The position numbers and the translations under genes were made by a program. From Cyanobacteriota bacterium (GTDB taxonomy: Bacteria; Acidobacteriota; Vicinamibacteria; Vicinamibacterales; UBA2999), in NCBI GenBank assembly GCA_019752015.1, contig JAIEMQ010000006.1:8842-72841 (forward strand): a DNA stretch of 64,000 nt, in the 5' to 3' direction. This document shows, in pieces, positions 26,018-35,452 of the stretch. The first letter of the stretch is position 1, and each line of letters starts with the position of its first letter. The notes beneath the pieces were generated by a model that was not told the origin of the DNA, did not search any database, and saw nothing but the letters and a program-made list of their open reading frames with translations.

Positions 26018-27601
26018 ATGCGAATCCTGATTCTTTCGCTCGCGGCCCTGAGCTTCGCGACGTCCAGCGAACAGGCGGGCCCCAGGTTTACGGTCACCAT
26101 TCCCGCCGCGGCGCGAGGCCAGGCGGCCACCGGCCGCGTCTACGTTGCGATCAGCAGGACCAACGATCGCACACCAATCCAACAAGCCGACACCAATGGC
26201 GTGCCGCTCTTCGCCGTCAACGTCGAGTCGCTCGCACCGGGTGCGGCCGCGACGATCGACGGCGCGACCCTCGGCTATCCGGTCAAGAGCCTTCGCGATT
26301 TGCCGGCCGGCGACTACTGGGCGCAGGCCTTCGTCAACGTCTACACGAAGTTCGCGCGCGCCGACGGCAAGACCGTGTGGCTGCACATGGATCAGTGGGA
26401 AGGGCAGAACTGGAAGCGATCGCCCGGCAACATCGAAGGCACTCCAGTTCGAATTCACTTCGATCCCGCGTCATCGACTCCGATCGCGCTCGTCGCCGAC
26501 AAGGTGATTCCGCCGATCGCGCCGCCGGCGGATACGGCGTCGGTGAAGTATCTGAAGATCCAGAGCGAGATCCTCACGAAGTGGTGGGGTCATCCGATCT
26601 TCCTCGGCGCGATCGTGCAGCTGCCGGACGGTTACGCGGAGCATCCGGCCGTGAAGTATCCGGTCGTCTATAACCACGGACACTTTCCTGCGACGGTGCC
26701 TGGCGGCCGGCAGCCGCAGGCGCCGCCGCCGCCCGGCCCGCAGCCGCGCGCGATTAACGTGTGGATGCAGCATCCCTCGCCGTACTACGACGACTCCTAC
26801 GGCGTGAACTCCGCGAACAACGGTCCGTTCGGCGACGCGATCATGCAGGAGCTGATTCCGCTGGTCGAATCGAAATTCCGCATCATTCGCGAGCCATGGG
26901 CGCGCATGCTCACCGGCGGATCGACCGGCGGATGGATCGCGCTGGCGCACCAGGTGTTCTATCCGGATTTTTACGGCGGTGTCTTCTCGATGTGTCCTGA
27001 CGGCGTCGATTTCCGCTATCACCAGATCGTCAACATCTATGACGACGACAATGCCTACTTCGTGGATCGCGGCTGGCTGAAGACGGAACGCCCGAACAAC
27101 CGGCGGCCCGACGGCAACATCGTATCGATGATGAAGGACGAGAACTGGTACGAGCTCGTGCAGGGCGATCGATCGCGCTCGGGCGGGCAGTGGGACATCT
27201 GGGAAGCAACCTTTGGCCCCGTGGGCACCGACGGATATCCGCGGCGCATCTGGGACAAATCCACCGGGCAGATCAACAAGGACGTGGCCGCGTACTGGAA
27301 AGAGCACTACGACCTTCGTCACATTCTCGAATCGAAGTGGGCGACGCTGGGTCCGAAGGTCGCGAACAAGATCAACGTCTACGTCGGCGACGCCGACAGC
27401 TATTTCCTGAACATGGGCGTGCACAAGCTCGATGAGTTCCTGACGAAGGCCGACCACCCGAAATGGACCGGTGAGATCGTGTTTCAACCGATGGCGCCGC
27501 ACTGCTGGGGGCCGCCTCGAAATGAACTGGCGGCGAAAATGGCGACACAGATCACGAACTACGCGCCGGCCGGCGCGGATGTCACGACCTGGAAGTACTG
27601 A
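26018..27601 (+). CDS. secreted alpha/beta hydrolase (putative esterase family)
   Basis: 527 aa. Signal MRILILSLAALSFA, nucleophile region MLTGGSTGGWIALAHQVFYPDFYGG. Confidence 0.65.
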   Translation: MRILILSLAALSFATSSEQAGPRFTVTIPAAARGQAATGRVYVAISRTNDRTPIQQADTNGVPLFAVNVESLAPGAAATIDGATLGYPVKSLRDLPAGDYWAQAFVNVYTKFARADGKTVWLHMDQWEGQNWKRSPGNIEGTPVRIHFDPASSTPIALVADKVIPPIAPPADTASVKYLKIQSEILTKWWGHPIFLGAIVQLPDGYAEHPAVKYPVVYNHGHFPATVPGGRQPQAPPPPGPQPRAINVWMQHPSPYYDDSYGVNSANNGPFGDAIMQELIPLVESKFRIIREPWARMLTGGSTGGWIALAHQVFYPDFYGGVFSMCPDGVDFRYHQIVNIYDDDNAYFVDRGWLKTERPNNRRPDGNIVSMMKDENWYELVQGDRSRSGGQWDIWEATFGPVGTDGYPRRIWDKSTGQINKDVAAYWKEHYDLRHILESKWATLGPKVANKINVYVGDADSYFLNMGVHKLDEFLTKADHPKWTGEIVFQPMAPHCWGPPRNELAAKMATQITNYAPAGADVTTWKY

Positions 27602-28460
27602 TGAACACGCGCCGTCAGTTTCTGATCAAAGCGCCGCTGGGTTTCCTGGTTGGGGCGCCGCATGCAACCAGGCGACGCCGACGCCCACTCCATCCGCGCC
27701 GGCGGGCTGGACGGCGGCAGGTGCGCCGCCGACGTTCGGCACCGGCCCCGGCAGCGGTCCGCCCATCACCGCCGGGACGATCGCTGAAGCCGAAAAGCTC
27801 GTGCAGGTCGCAATGACGCCGGAGCAGCGGCAGCTACTGGCCGATTCGTGGCGCCAGTCGATGGCGCAATATCTCGAGCGCCGGATGGGGCCGCGAACGG
27901 TGGCCTTCAACGACACCGATGCGCCCGCGACCATTTGGGATCCGCGACTGCCGGAAGTTACCGCGCCGCCAACGATCGATCGATTCGTCCGCTCCGCGTC
28001 GACCGGCGCGCCGCTGCCGTCGACAGACGATGCGATCGCGTTTGCGCCGGTGACGGCGTTATCGCGCTGGATCGAATCGCGGCAGTTGTCATCGGAGCGC
28101 CTGACGCAGATCTATCTGTCGCGGATCGATCGCCTCGATCCGAAGCTTCGCTCGGTGATTACCGTCACACGCGAGCATGCCATGGCGCGGGGCAAAGGCG
28201 GCCGATACGGAGATCGCGGCCGGGAACTATCGCGGCGTCCTGCACGGCATTCCGGACGGCGTCAAAGATCTCCTCGACACCAAGGACCTCGCGACCACGT
28301 ATGGCGCAGAGCTGTTCCGCGATCGATCCGCGCCGCGATGGAAAAAATGCGCGCGCTCAAGTTGAATTTGAAGCCTGTCTCGCTTCCGGATTGGCCGTAC
28401 AGCTCGTGAATGCCGATCCTGTTCGCGGAGGGCGCGGCGAGCGTCCGTCGAACTTCTGAG
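27601..28460 (+). pseudogene. decayed Tat-signal amidase (frameshifts, in-frame stop, loss of catalytic core)
   Basis: Pieces in frame order: MNTRRQFLIKAPLGFLVGA (Tat motif); PPITAGTIAEAEKLVQV..ALSRWIESRQLSSERLTQIYLSRIDRLDPKLRSVITV; AAGNYRGVLHGIPDGVKDLLDT; ..LKPVSLPDWPYSS-stop-MPILFAEGAA. The GGSSGG signature region is absent. Its start overlaps the upstream stop (TGATG). Confidence 0.7.
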
Positions 28461-28464
28461 AGGA

Positions 28465-28620
28465 AAAGGGGCCGGGGATCTTTTTTCTCCGGCGAAGCCG
28501 CGCTGACCAGCAGACCTCGCCGGGCAGGAAGCTGGATTGCTGCCATATTGCGGTGCTTGGTCATTCCCCATAAACCGTTGAGTCACAGCCTGTTGAGCCG
28601 AAATGATCCCCGGCCCCTTT
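28465..28620. repeat. 156-bp segment bounded by perfect 16-bp inverted repeats
   Basis: AAAGGGGCCGGGGATC (28465..28480) and GATCCCCGGCCCCTTT (28605..28620). It lies between the amidase remnant and the gnd promoter. Confidence 0.55.
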
Positions 28621-28629
28621 GATCCGCCC

Positions 28630-28635
28630 TATGCT
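28630..28635 (+). promoter_or_regulatory. -10-like box TATGCT, 6 nt upstream of gnd ATG
   Basis: TATGCT-ggagag-ATG(28642). Confidence 0.4.
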
Positions 28636-28641
28636 GGAGAG

Positions 28642-29652
28642 ATGCAGATCGGCATGATCGGGCTCGGACGGATGGGCAGCAACATGGTGAAGCGGCTCGT
28701 CCGCGCCGGGCACTCCGCGGTCGTCCACGACCGCTCACCCGAAGCGCGGGCCGCCCTCGAGGGCGACGGCGCGATCAACGCGGCCTCGCTCGACGTCTTC
28801 GTCAAAGAGCTGCAGCCGCCCCGCGTAATCTGGCTGATGGTCCCCGCGGCGGTGGTGGACGACGTGATTGCCTCGCTGGAGCCGCTGGTGTCGCGCGGCG
28901 ACATCATCATCGACGGCGGCAACTCTCATTACCAGGACGCGATCGCGCGATCGAAGGCGCTTGCCGCCGCCGGCATTCACTATCTCGATGTCGGCACGTC
29001 GGGAGGCGTGTGGGGCCTCGAGCGCGGATACTGCCTGATGGTCGGCGGCGATCCCAGCGCGGTGAAGCGGATCGAGCCGCTGCTGCAATCGCTGGCGCCC
29101 GGACGCGGCTCGGTGCCGCCGACGAAGGGCCGCGAATCGCGGACCTCGACTGCCGACCAGGGTTACCTGCATTGCGGCCCCTCGGGCGCGGGCCACTTCG
29201 TCAAGATGATCCACAACGGCATCGAGTACGGATTGATGGCCGCGTACGCCGAAGGCCTCAACATCCTCAGCCGGGCCAACGTCGGCAAATCCGACGCGCA
29301 GGAGGATGCCGAGACCACGCCGCTGCGAACGCCGGAGCACTACCAATACGATTTCAATCTCGCCGACATCACCGAGCTGTGGAGGCGCGGCAGCGTGATC
29401 CAATCGTGGCTGCTCGATCTCACCACCGCCGCCTTCGCCGGCGATCCGAAGCTGGCCGGATTCGAGGGCACCGTTGCCGATTCAGGCGAGGGCCGATGGA
29501 CGCTGCAGGCCGCGAACGATGAAGGCGTGCCGGCGCACGTGCTGGCCGCGGCCCTGTTCGAGCGTTTCGGGTCGCGCGATCACGATCTGTTCCAGAACAA
29601 GGTGCTGTCGGCGATGCGCTTCGGCTTCGGCGGCCACATGGAACAGAAATGA
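28642..29652 (+). CDS. gnd: 6-phosphogluconate dehydrogenase, short (GntZ/YqeC-like) form
   Basis: Met14 of ORF 28603..29652: [40 protein letters not shown]. Confidence 0.9.
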   Translation: MQIGMIGLGRMGSNMVKRLVRAGHSAVVHDRSPEARAALEGDGAINAASLDVFVKELQPPRVIWLMVPAAVVDDVIASLEPLVSRGDIIIDGGNSHYQDAIARSKALAAAGIHYLDVGTSGGVWGLERGYCLMVGGDPSAVKRIEPLLQSLAPGRGSVPPTKGRESRTSTADQGYLHCGPSGAGHFVKMIHNGIEYGLMAAYAEGLNILSRANVGKSDAQEDAETTPLRTPEHYQYDFNLADITELWRRGSVIQSWLLDLTTAAFAGDPKLAGFEGTVADSGEGRWTLQAANDEGVPAHVLAAALFERFGSRDHDLFQNKVLSAMRFGFGGHMEQK

Positions 29653-31043
29653 CGCGCCAGCCGAGCGATGGGCTGATCTTTTTCGGCGCGACCGGCGATC
29701 TTGCCTTCAAGAAGATTTTTCCCGCGCTGCACGCCATGGCGAAGCGCGGCCGGCTGACGTGGCCGGTCGTCGGCGTGGCGCGATCGGGATGGACGCGCGA
29801 TCAGTTCGTTGAGCACGCCCGGAAGAGCATCGCCGCACACGGCCAGCCTGATGAGACGGCATTCGCTGCCCTCGCATCGAAGTTGCGATACGTCGATGGC
29901 GATTACAACGCCGCCCCGGCGTTTGAAAAGCTGGCGAAGGAACAAGCTGACATTCAGCGTCCAGCGCACTACCTGGCCATCCCGCCCGCCATGTTCGCCG
30001 TCGTCACGAAGCATCTTGCTGATGCCGGCTGCCTCCGCAACGCGCGCATCATCGTCGAGAAACCGTTCGGCCGGGATCTGCAATCGGCGCGCGCGCTCAA
30101 TGCGACGCTGCATCAATACCTGGGCGAGCCGCAGATCTTCCGCATCGATCACTATCTTGGTAAGGAGGCGGTGCAGAACCTGCTGTTCTTCCGCTTCGCG
30201 AATGCGCTGCTCGAGCCGTTGTGGAACCGGCACTACGTCGAGAACGTGCAGATCACGCTCGCGGAATCGTTCGGCGTCCAGGGCCGTGGCAAGTTCTATG
30301 AAGAAGCCGGCGTCATCCGTGACGTGATTCAGAATCATCTGCTGCAGGTGTTGAGCCTGCTGGCGATGGAAGCGCCGACCAGCGCCGACGCGGAATCAAT
30401 CCGCGACGAACAGGCGAAGGTGCTTCGTAACGTGCGCCCGCTCAATCCCGACGACCTCGTGCTCGGGCAGTTTCGCGGCTATCGCGACGAAGCCGGCGTC
30501 GCCAGGGATTCGATCGTGCCGACGTATGCGGCGCTGCGGCTGCACATCGATTCGTGGCGATGGGAAGGCGTGCCGTTCTACGTCCGCGCCGGCAAGAAGC
30601 TGAAGGCGTCGGCCACCGAAGTGCAGGTCGAGCTGAAACAGGCGCCGCCGGTGGTATTCGACGACACGCCGCCAGAGATCGGCAACTACGTCCGATTCCG
30701 GCTTGGCCCCGACGTGGCGATCGGCATCGGCGCGGTGATCAAGAAGCCGGGCGAAGGATTGTCGGGACAGCCGGTCGAGCTGTCGGTTGTGCGGCAGGAT
30801 GCCGCGTCGGACATGAGCGCTTACGAGCGATTGCTCGGCGATGCGATGCACGGCGACGCGACGTTGTTTGCCCGTCAGGACAGCGTCGAAGCGGCGTGGG
30901 CGATTGTCGATCCGCTGATCGCGCGGACTGATGTCACACCGATCGAGTACGCACCGGGCTCGTGGGGTCCGGAAGAAGCGGAGCGCCTCGTCGAAGAAAT
31001 CGGCGGATGGAATTTGTCCGCAGGCGTCCCGCCCTCTACATGA
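29649..31043 (+). CDS. zwf: glucose-6-phosphate dehydrogenase
   Basis: 464 aa with [25 protein letters not shown] and EKPFG. ATGA overlap with gnd. Confidence 0.95.
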   Translation: MTRQPSDGLIFFGATGDLAFKKIFPALHAMAKRGRLTWPVVGVARSGWTRDQFVEHARKSIAAHGQPDETAFAALASKLRYVDGDYNAAPAFEKLAKEQADIQRPAHYLAIPPAMFAVVTKHLADAGCLRNARIIVEKPFGRDLQSARALNATLHQYLGEPQIFRIDHYLGKEAVQNLLFFRFANALLEPLWNRHYVENVQITLAESFGVQGRGKFYEEAGVIRDVIQNHLLQVLSLLAMEAPTSADAESIRDEQAKVLRNVRPLNPDDLVLGQFRGYRDEAGVARDSIVPTYAALRLHIDSWRWEGVPFYVRAGKKLKASATEVQVELKQAPPVVFDDTPPEIGNYVRFRLGPDVAIGIGAVIKKPGEGLSGQPVELSVVRQDAASDMSAYERLLGDAMHGDATLFARQDSVEAAWAIVDPLIARTDVTPIEYAPGSWGPEEAERLVEEIGGWNLSAGVPPST

Positions 31044-32412
31044 AACGGGGGCTGCGCTTCAGGAACGATCCCGAACCCGCTTTGCCCGTGAACTTTCCAC
31101 CCTCGATGATGACCTTCCCCCGCGACAGCACGATTTCGGTAACGCCCGTCACCTCGCGTCCTTCGTACGGGTTGTAGTCCACCTTCATGTGATGCGTCTT
31201 CGCTGAAAGCGTCGTCTTCTTCTCCGGATCGAAAATGACGATGTCCGCGTCCGAGCCTGGCGCGACCGTGCCCTTCTTCGGGAACATCCCGAAGATCTTC
31301 GCGGGAGACGTCGACGTCAGCTCGACGAATCGATTCATCGTGATCTTTCCGGTACGCACGCCGCCGTCGTAGACGAGGCTCATGCGCGTCTCGACGCCTG
31401 GTGCACCGTTCGGGATCTTCGAGAAGTCGCCGTCGCCGAGATGTTTTTCCTTCAGGCAGAACGGGCAGTGGTCGGTGGCGATCGCCTGCAGATCGTTGAA
31501 CGCCAGTCCGCGCCAGAGGCGATCCTGCGTCGACTTCTGCCGCAATGGCGGGCTCATTACGTACTTCGATCCTTCGAAGCCGGGCTCCTCGTAGTTGTCG
31601 TACGACAGGAACAGGTATTGCGGACAGGTTTCAGCGAAGGCGGGCAAACCGCGATCGCGGGCTTCCGTCACCATCTCGAGCGCCTCGGCGGCGGAGAGGT
31701 GAACGATATAGACCGGAACGTCGGCAATCTCCGCGAGCGCAATCGCGCGATGCGTGGCTTCGCCTTCGGCGCGAGCCGGGCGCGTCAGCGCGTGATACTT
31801 CGGCGCCGTCTGGCGGTTCGCGAGCGCCTCCTTGACGAGCACATCGATCACGCCGCCGTTCTCGGCGTGCATGCAGATCGTGCCGCCGTTCTTGCCGGTG
31901 CGCCGCATGGCCTTGAAGATGCTGCCGTCGTCGAGCATGAACACGCCCGGATACGCCATGAACAGCTTGAACGACGTCACGCCCTGCTTGACGAGCGCGT
32001 CCATCTCGATCTCGACCTGGTCGGTGAGCTCGGTGATGATCATGTGGAAGCCGTAGTCGATCGCGGCCTTGCCCTCCGCCTTTTTCATCCACGTTTCCCA
32101 CGCGTGATGCAGCGTCTGGCCTTTGTACTGAATCGCGAAGTCCACGATCGTCGTCGTCCCGCCGAAGGCGGCGGCGATCGTGCCGGATTCGAAATCATCC
32201 GCCGAGGTCGTGCCGCCGAACGGCATGTCCATGTGGGTGTGCACGTCGATGCCGCCGGGCAGGACGAACTTGCCCTTCGCATCGATGATCTTGTCGGCCG
32301 GCATCGTCAGTGACGATCCGATGACCGTGATCTTCTCGCCCTCGACGAGGACGTCGCCCGGATATTGATCGGTTGCGGTGACGATGGTGCCGTTCTTGAT
32401 CAAGGTGCTCAT
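31036..32412 (-). CDS. hydA: dihydropyrimidinase / D-hydantoinase
   Basis: 458 aa with [45 protein letters not shown]. Confidence 0.95.
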   Translation of the reverse strand: MSTLIKNGTIVTATDQYPGDVLVEGEKITVIGSSLTMPADKIIDAKGKFVLPGGIDVHTHMDMPFGGTTSADDFESGTIAAAFGGTTTIVDFAIQYKGQTLHHAWETWMKKAEGKAAIDYGFHMIITELTDQVEIEMDALVKQGVTSFKLFMAYPGVFMLDDGSIFKAMRRTGKNGGTICMHAENGGVIDVLVKEALANRQTAPKYHALTRPARAEGEATHRAIALAEIADVPVYIVHLSAAEALEMVTEARDRGLPAFAETCPQYLFLSYDNYEEPGFEGSKYVMSPPLRQKSTQDRLWRGLAFNDLQAIATDHCPFCLKEKHLGDGDFSKIPNGAPGVETRMSLVYDGGVRTGKITMNRFVELTSTSPAKIFGMFPKKGTVAPGSDADIVIFDPEKKTTLSAKTHHMKVDYNPYEGREVTGVTEIVLSRGKVIIEGGKFTGKAGSGSFLKRSPRFM

Positions 32413-32427
32413 GTCCCGCCCAATATA

Positions 32428-32555
32428 CGCAATTTGGGGGTCAGCGCAATTTGGGGGTCAGACCCTGATTCTTTGCATTTTGCATGGTCGGGGACAGACC
32501 TCTCGCCTGACCTGTCCCCAAAGACGCAATTTGCCAATTTTCAGGGTCTGACCCC
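32428..32555. repeat. family B palindromic element, copy 1 (32454..32555), plus 17-bp tandem duplication of its left edge
   Basis: 15-bp perfect termini GGGGTCAGACCCTGA / TCAGGGTCTGACCCC, inner GGGGACAG..CTGTCCCC. CGCAATTTGGGGGTCAG occurs twice in tandem (32428..32444, 32445..32461). Second copy at 58830..58935. Confidence 0.85.
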
Positions 32556-32677
32556 TAACCACTAGCGAGGTTGACATGTTTTTTCTGGGGCCATCACGTC
32601 GATAACGCCTGAAGGAAAAGCAGGTCTGAGGAACATTCGTGTCGCTAATTTTCGCGGCCTGCCCGCAACTTAGCGGG

Positions 32678-32683
32678 TATAGT
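32678..32683 (+). promoter_or_regulatory. -10-like box TATAGT, 6 nt upstream of ATG 32690
   Basis: TATAGT-gcgccc-ATG. Confidence 0.45.
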
Positions 32684-32689
32684 GCGCCC

Positions 32690-33787
32690 ATGAAACCGGA
32701 CATTTCGGTCAACTTCACCGGCCTCAAATTCACCAACCCGTTCCTGCTCTCGTCGGCGCCGCCGACGGAGTCCGACAGCAACATCATGCGGGCCTTCGAA
32801 GCCGGCTGGGGCGGAGTGGTGACCAAGACCATCGGCCTGCACCCGGTGACGAACGTCGCGGGGCCGAAGACAAAGTTCCTGCGCTCCACGCTGGACGGCC
32901 AGCTGTCGATGCAGAAGCGGCCCGACACGGCGCTGCATTCGTCGTGGAACTGGGAGCTGATCTCGGACAAGCCGCTCGACTGGTGGATCCCGAAGATCGA
33001 GGGCATCAAGAAGGCCTATCCGGATCGGATGCTGATCGCGTCGATCATGGCCGGCTCGGGCAGCGACAAGGAGCTCGCACACTGGCAGGATCTCGCGAAG
33101 GGCTGCCAGGACGCCGGCGCCGATGCGTTCGAGTTGAACCTCAGCTGCCCGCACATGGATCGCAAGGACATGGGCTCGAACCTCGGCAAGGATCAGGCAC
33201 AGGTGTCAATCGTCACTGAGGTCGTGAAAGAAGTGGCGAAGGTGCCGGTGTGGTCCAAGCTGACGCCGTCGACGACCGAGATCGCCGAAGAAGCCGGCGC
33301 GGCATTTCGCGGCGGCGCCGACGCGATCGTGTCGTCGAACACCTTCCCGTCGCTGCCGCTGATCGATCCGGAAACGCTCGACTTCGAAATGAACGTCGAC
33401 GGCCTCGTCTCGAGCGGGGGGCTCGGCGGCCCGGCGATCCTGCCGCAGTCGCTCGCCAAGATGTCGCAGCTGACGAAAGCGTTCCCGAACAACGAGTTCT
33501 CAGGCATCGGCGGCATCAGCACGTTCGCGCACGCGCTCAACTACATGCTGCTCGGCTGCGGCACCGTGCAGGTCTGCACCGCGGCCATGCTCGATCGCGC
33601 GATCGGCCCGACGGTGATCAAGAACCTGATCGACGGCATGCAGCAGTTCATGGAGAAACGCGGCTACCAGTCGCTCGAGGATTTCCGCGGCCTGCGCCGC
33701 GGGAACGTCGTCGTGCACTCGCAGATTCGAAGGCCCGAAGGCAAGGACTACCACGGTGGTTTCGAAGCCGAGGGCTATGCCCGCTGA
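32690..33787 (+). CDS. preA: dihydropyrimidine dehydrogenase PreA-like FMN subunit (DHODH-like), lacking the C-terminal Fe-S domain
   Basis: Met18 of ORF 32639..33787: MKPDISVNFTGLKFTNPFLLSSAPP..WGGVVTKT..ELNLSCPHM..NT..GGLGGPAI. No Cys cluster at the C-terminus. Confidence 0.8.
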   Translation: MKPDISVNFTGLKFTNPFLLSSAPPTESDSNIMRAFEAGWGGVVTKTIGLHPVTNVAGPKTKFLRSTLDGQLSMQKRPDTALHSSWNWELISDKPLDWWIPKIEGIKKAYPDRMLIASIMAGSGSDKELAHWQDLAKGCQDAGADAFELNLSCPHMDRKDMGSNLGKDQAQVSIVTEVVKEVAKVPVWSKLTPSTTEIAEEAGAAFRGGADAIVSSNTFPSLPLIDPETLDFEMNVDGLVSSGGLGGPAILPQSLAKMSQLTKAFPNNEFSGIGGISTFAHALNYMLLGCGTVQVCTAAMLDRAIGPTVIKNLIDGMQQFMEKRGYQSLEDFRGLRRGNVVVHSQIRRPEGKDYHGGFEAEGYAR

Positions 33788-35219
33788 TTTCGTAGAGCTG
33801 AACGAAGACGTTTCCTCGAGTCCGCTCTGGAATCCGGATCTCGCGCCGACGACGATCGCGAGCCGGACGTGGTCCACGTATCACATTGCCGCGCTGTGGA
33901 TCGGCATGAGCGTGGTGATCACGACCTACACGCTCGCGTCGGGTTTGATGCAGCAGGGCATGACGTGGTGGCAGGCGCTCATCACGATCCTGCTTGGCAA
34001 CGCGATCGTGTTGATTCCGATGATCCTCAACGCGCACGCCGGCACGAAATACGGCGTCTCGTTTCCGGTGCTGTGCCGCGCCGCGTTCGGCGTCAAGGGC
34101 GCGAACGTGCCGGCGATCCTGCGCGCGATCGTCGCCTGCGGCTGGTTCGGCATCCAGACGTGGATCGGCGCGCTCGCGCTGCAGGCGTTGATGACGGCGG
34201 CATGGCCGGGATGGGCGAACGTGCCGGCATCCATCTGGATCTCGTTCGCGGTCTTCTGGGCGGCGCAGGTGGCGATCATCGTGCGCGGCCTGGAGGGCAT
34301 CAAGTGGCTCGAAGCGTGGTCGGCGCCGTTGCTGCTCGGCGGCGGTGCGCTCCTCCTGTGGTGGGCGATCGCGAACGGCGGGGGACTCGGGCACATCCTG
34401 TCCGATGCGCCGAAGCTGCAGCAGGGCAGCACGCCGTTCTGGACGCTATTCCCCGCGGCGCTGACCGCGAACGTCGGCTACTGGGCGACGTTGAGCCTCA
34501 ACATTCCGGACTTCACTCGCTACGCACAGTCGCAACGATCGCAAGCGCTCGGGCAGGCGCTCGGCCTGCCGGCCACGATGACGGCGTTCGCATTTCTGGG
34601 TGTGGCGGTGACCAGCGCGACGATCGTGATCTTCGGCGAGGCGATCTGGGATCCGGTGGTGCTGATCGCACGGATCGGCAGCCCGTTCGTGGTGATCCTC
34701 GGCGCGCTGGTGATCCTGGCCGCGCAGATCACCACGAACATGGCGGCGAACGTGGTCTCGCCGGCGAATGATTTTTCGAGCCTGGCGCCGAAGAAGATCA
34801 GTTACGTGACCGGCGGCTTGATCACGGCCGCGTTCGGGATCGTCATGATGCCGTGGAAACTCTACGCCGATGCGTCCGCCTACATCTTCACGTGGCTGAT
34901 CGGCTATTCGAGCCTGATGGGCGCGGTCGGCGGCGTGTTGATCGCCGACTACTGGATCCTGCGCGGGCGTGAGCTGTCACTGCCGGATCTGTTCAAGATG
35001 AATGGCCGCTACAGCTACGGCAACGGCATCAACAGCAAGGCGATGATCGCGCTCGTCGTCGCGATTCTTCCCGTCGTCCTCGGATTCGTCCGCGCCGCGA
35101 TGACTCCCGGCGGTGTCGTCGCCAACCCGACATTGTTCGATCACCTTTATACCTATGCGTGGTTCGTGACCTTCGCGCTCAGTGCGGCCGTTTACCTGGC
35201 ATTGATGCAGCGCAAATGA
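33777..35219 (+). CDS. NCS1 family nucleobase/hydantoin:cation symporter
   Basis: ATG 33777 is preceded by GAGGG (the ORF track starts at GTG 33756). Protein has NEDVSSSPLWNPDLAPTTIASRTWSTYHIAALWIGMSV and 12 TM segments. Confidence 0.9.
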   Translation: MPADFVELNEDVSSSPLWNPDLAPTTIASRTWSTYHIAALWIGMSVVITTYTLASGLMQQGMTWWQALITILLGNAIVLIPMILNAHAGTKYGVSFPVLCRAAFGVKGANVPAILRAIVACGWFGIQTWIGALALQALMTAAWPGWANVPASIWISFAVFWAAQVAIIVRGLEGIKWLEAWSAPLLLGGGALLLWWAIANGGGLGHILSDAPKLQQGSTPFWTLFPAALTANVGYWATLSLNIPDFTRYAQSQRSQALGQALGLPATMTAFAFLGVAVTSATIVIFGEAIWDPVVLIARIGSPFVVILGALVILAAQITTNMAANVVSPANDFSSLAPKKISYVTGGLITAAFGIVMMPWKLYADASAYIFTWLIGYSSLMGAVGGVLIADYWILRGRELSLPDLFKMNGRYSYGNGINSKAMIALVVAILPVVLGFVRAAMTPGGVVANPTLFDHLYTYAWFVTFALSAAVYLALMQRK

Positions 35220-35441
35220 ACACGAAGGTACGAAGGTACGAAGGACCACGAAGCCGGCAGCGATTCGCAGCGCCGGCCTCCGGCCGGCGTCGTGGCCCGA
35301 AAGTGATGCCGTGAAAATGAGTCTTCGTCATAGACGATGCGCCCGGCATGTACTCATTTTCACGGCATCACTCTCGGGCCGCGGCGCGTAGCGCCGCCTG
35401 CGAATCGCGGCGCCCTTCGTGATCTTCGTGTCCTTCGTGTT
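35219..35441. repeat. structured palindromic element, family A, copy 2 (inverted relative to copy 1)
   Basis: AACACGAAGG...CCTTCGTGTT. 8-mer units ACGAAGGT x3 and 9-mer units on the right arm. Basal stem CAGCGATTCGCAG/CTGCGAATCGC and central 20-bp perfect stem GTGATGCCGTGAAAATGAGT/ACTCATTTTCACGGCATCAC. Confidence 0.85.
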
Positions 35442-35452
35442 TAAATGCCGTG

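Noticed and set aside
28603-28641. Earlier start (28603) for gnd
   Set aside because: The family-typical N-terminus [12 protein letters not shown] starts at 28642. The extension would run through the right inverted repeat and the TATGCT box.
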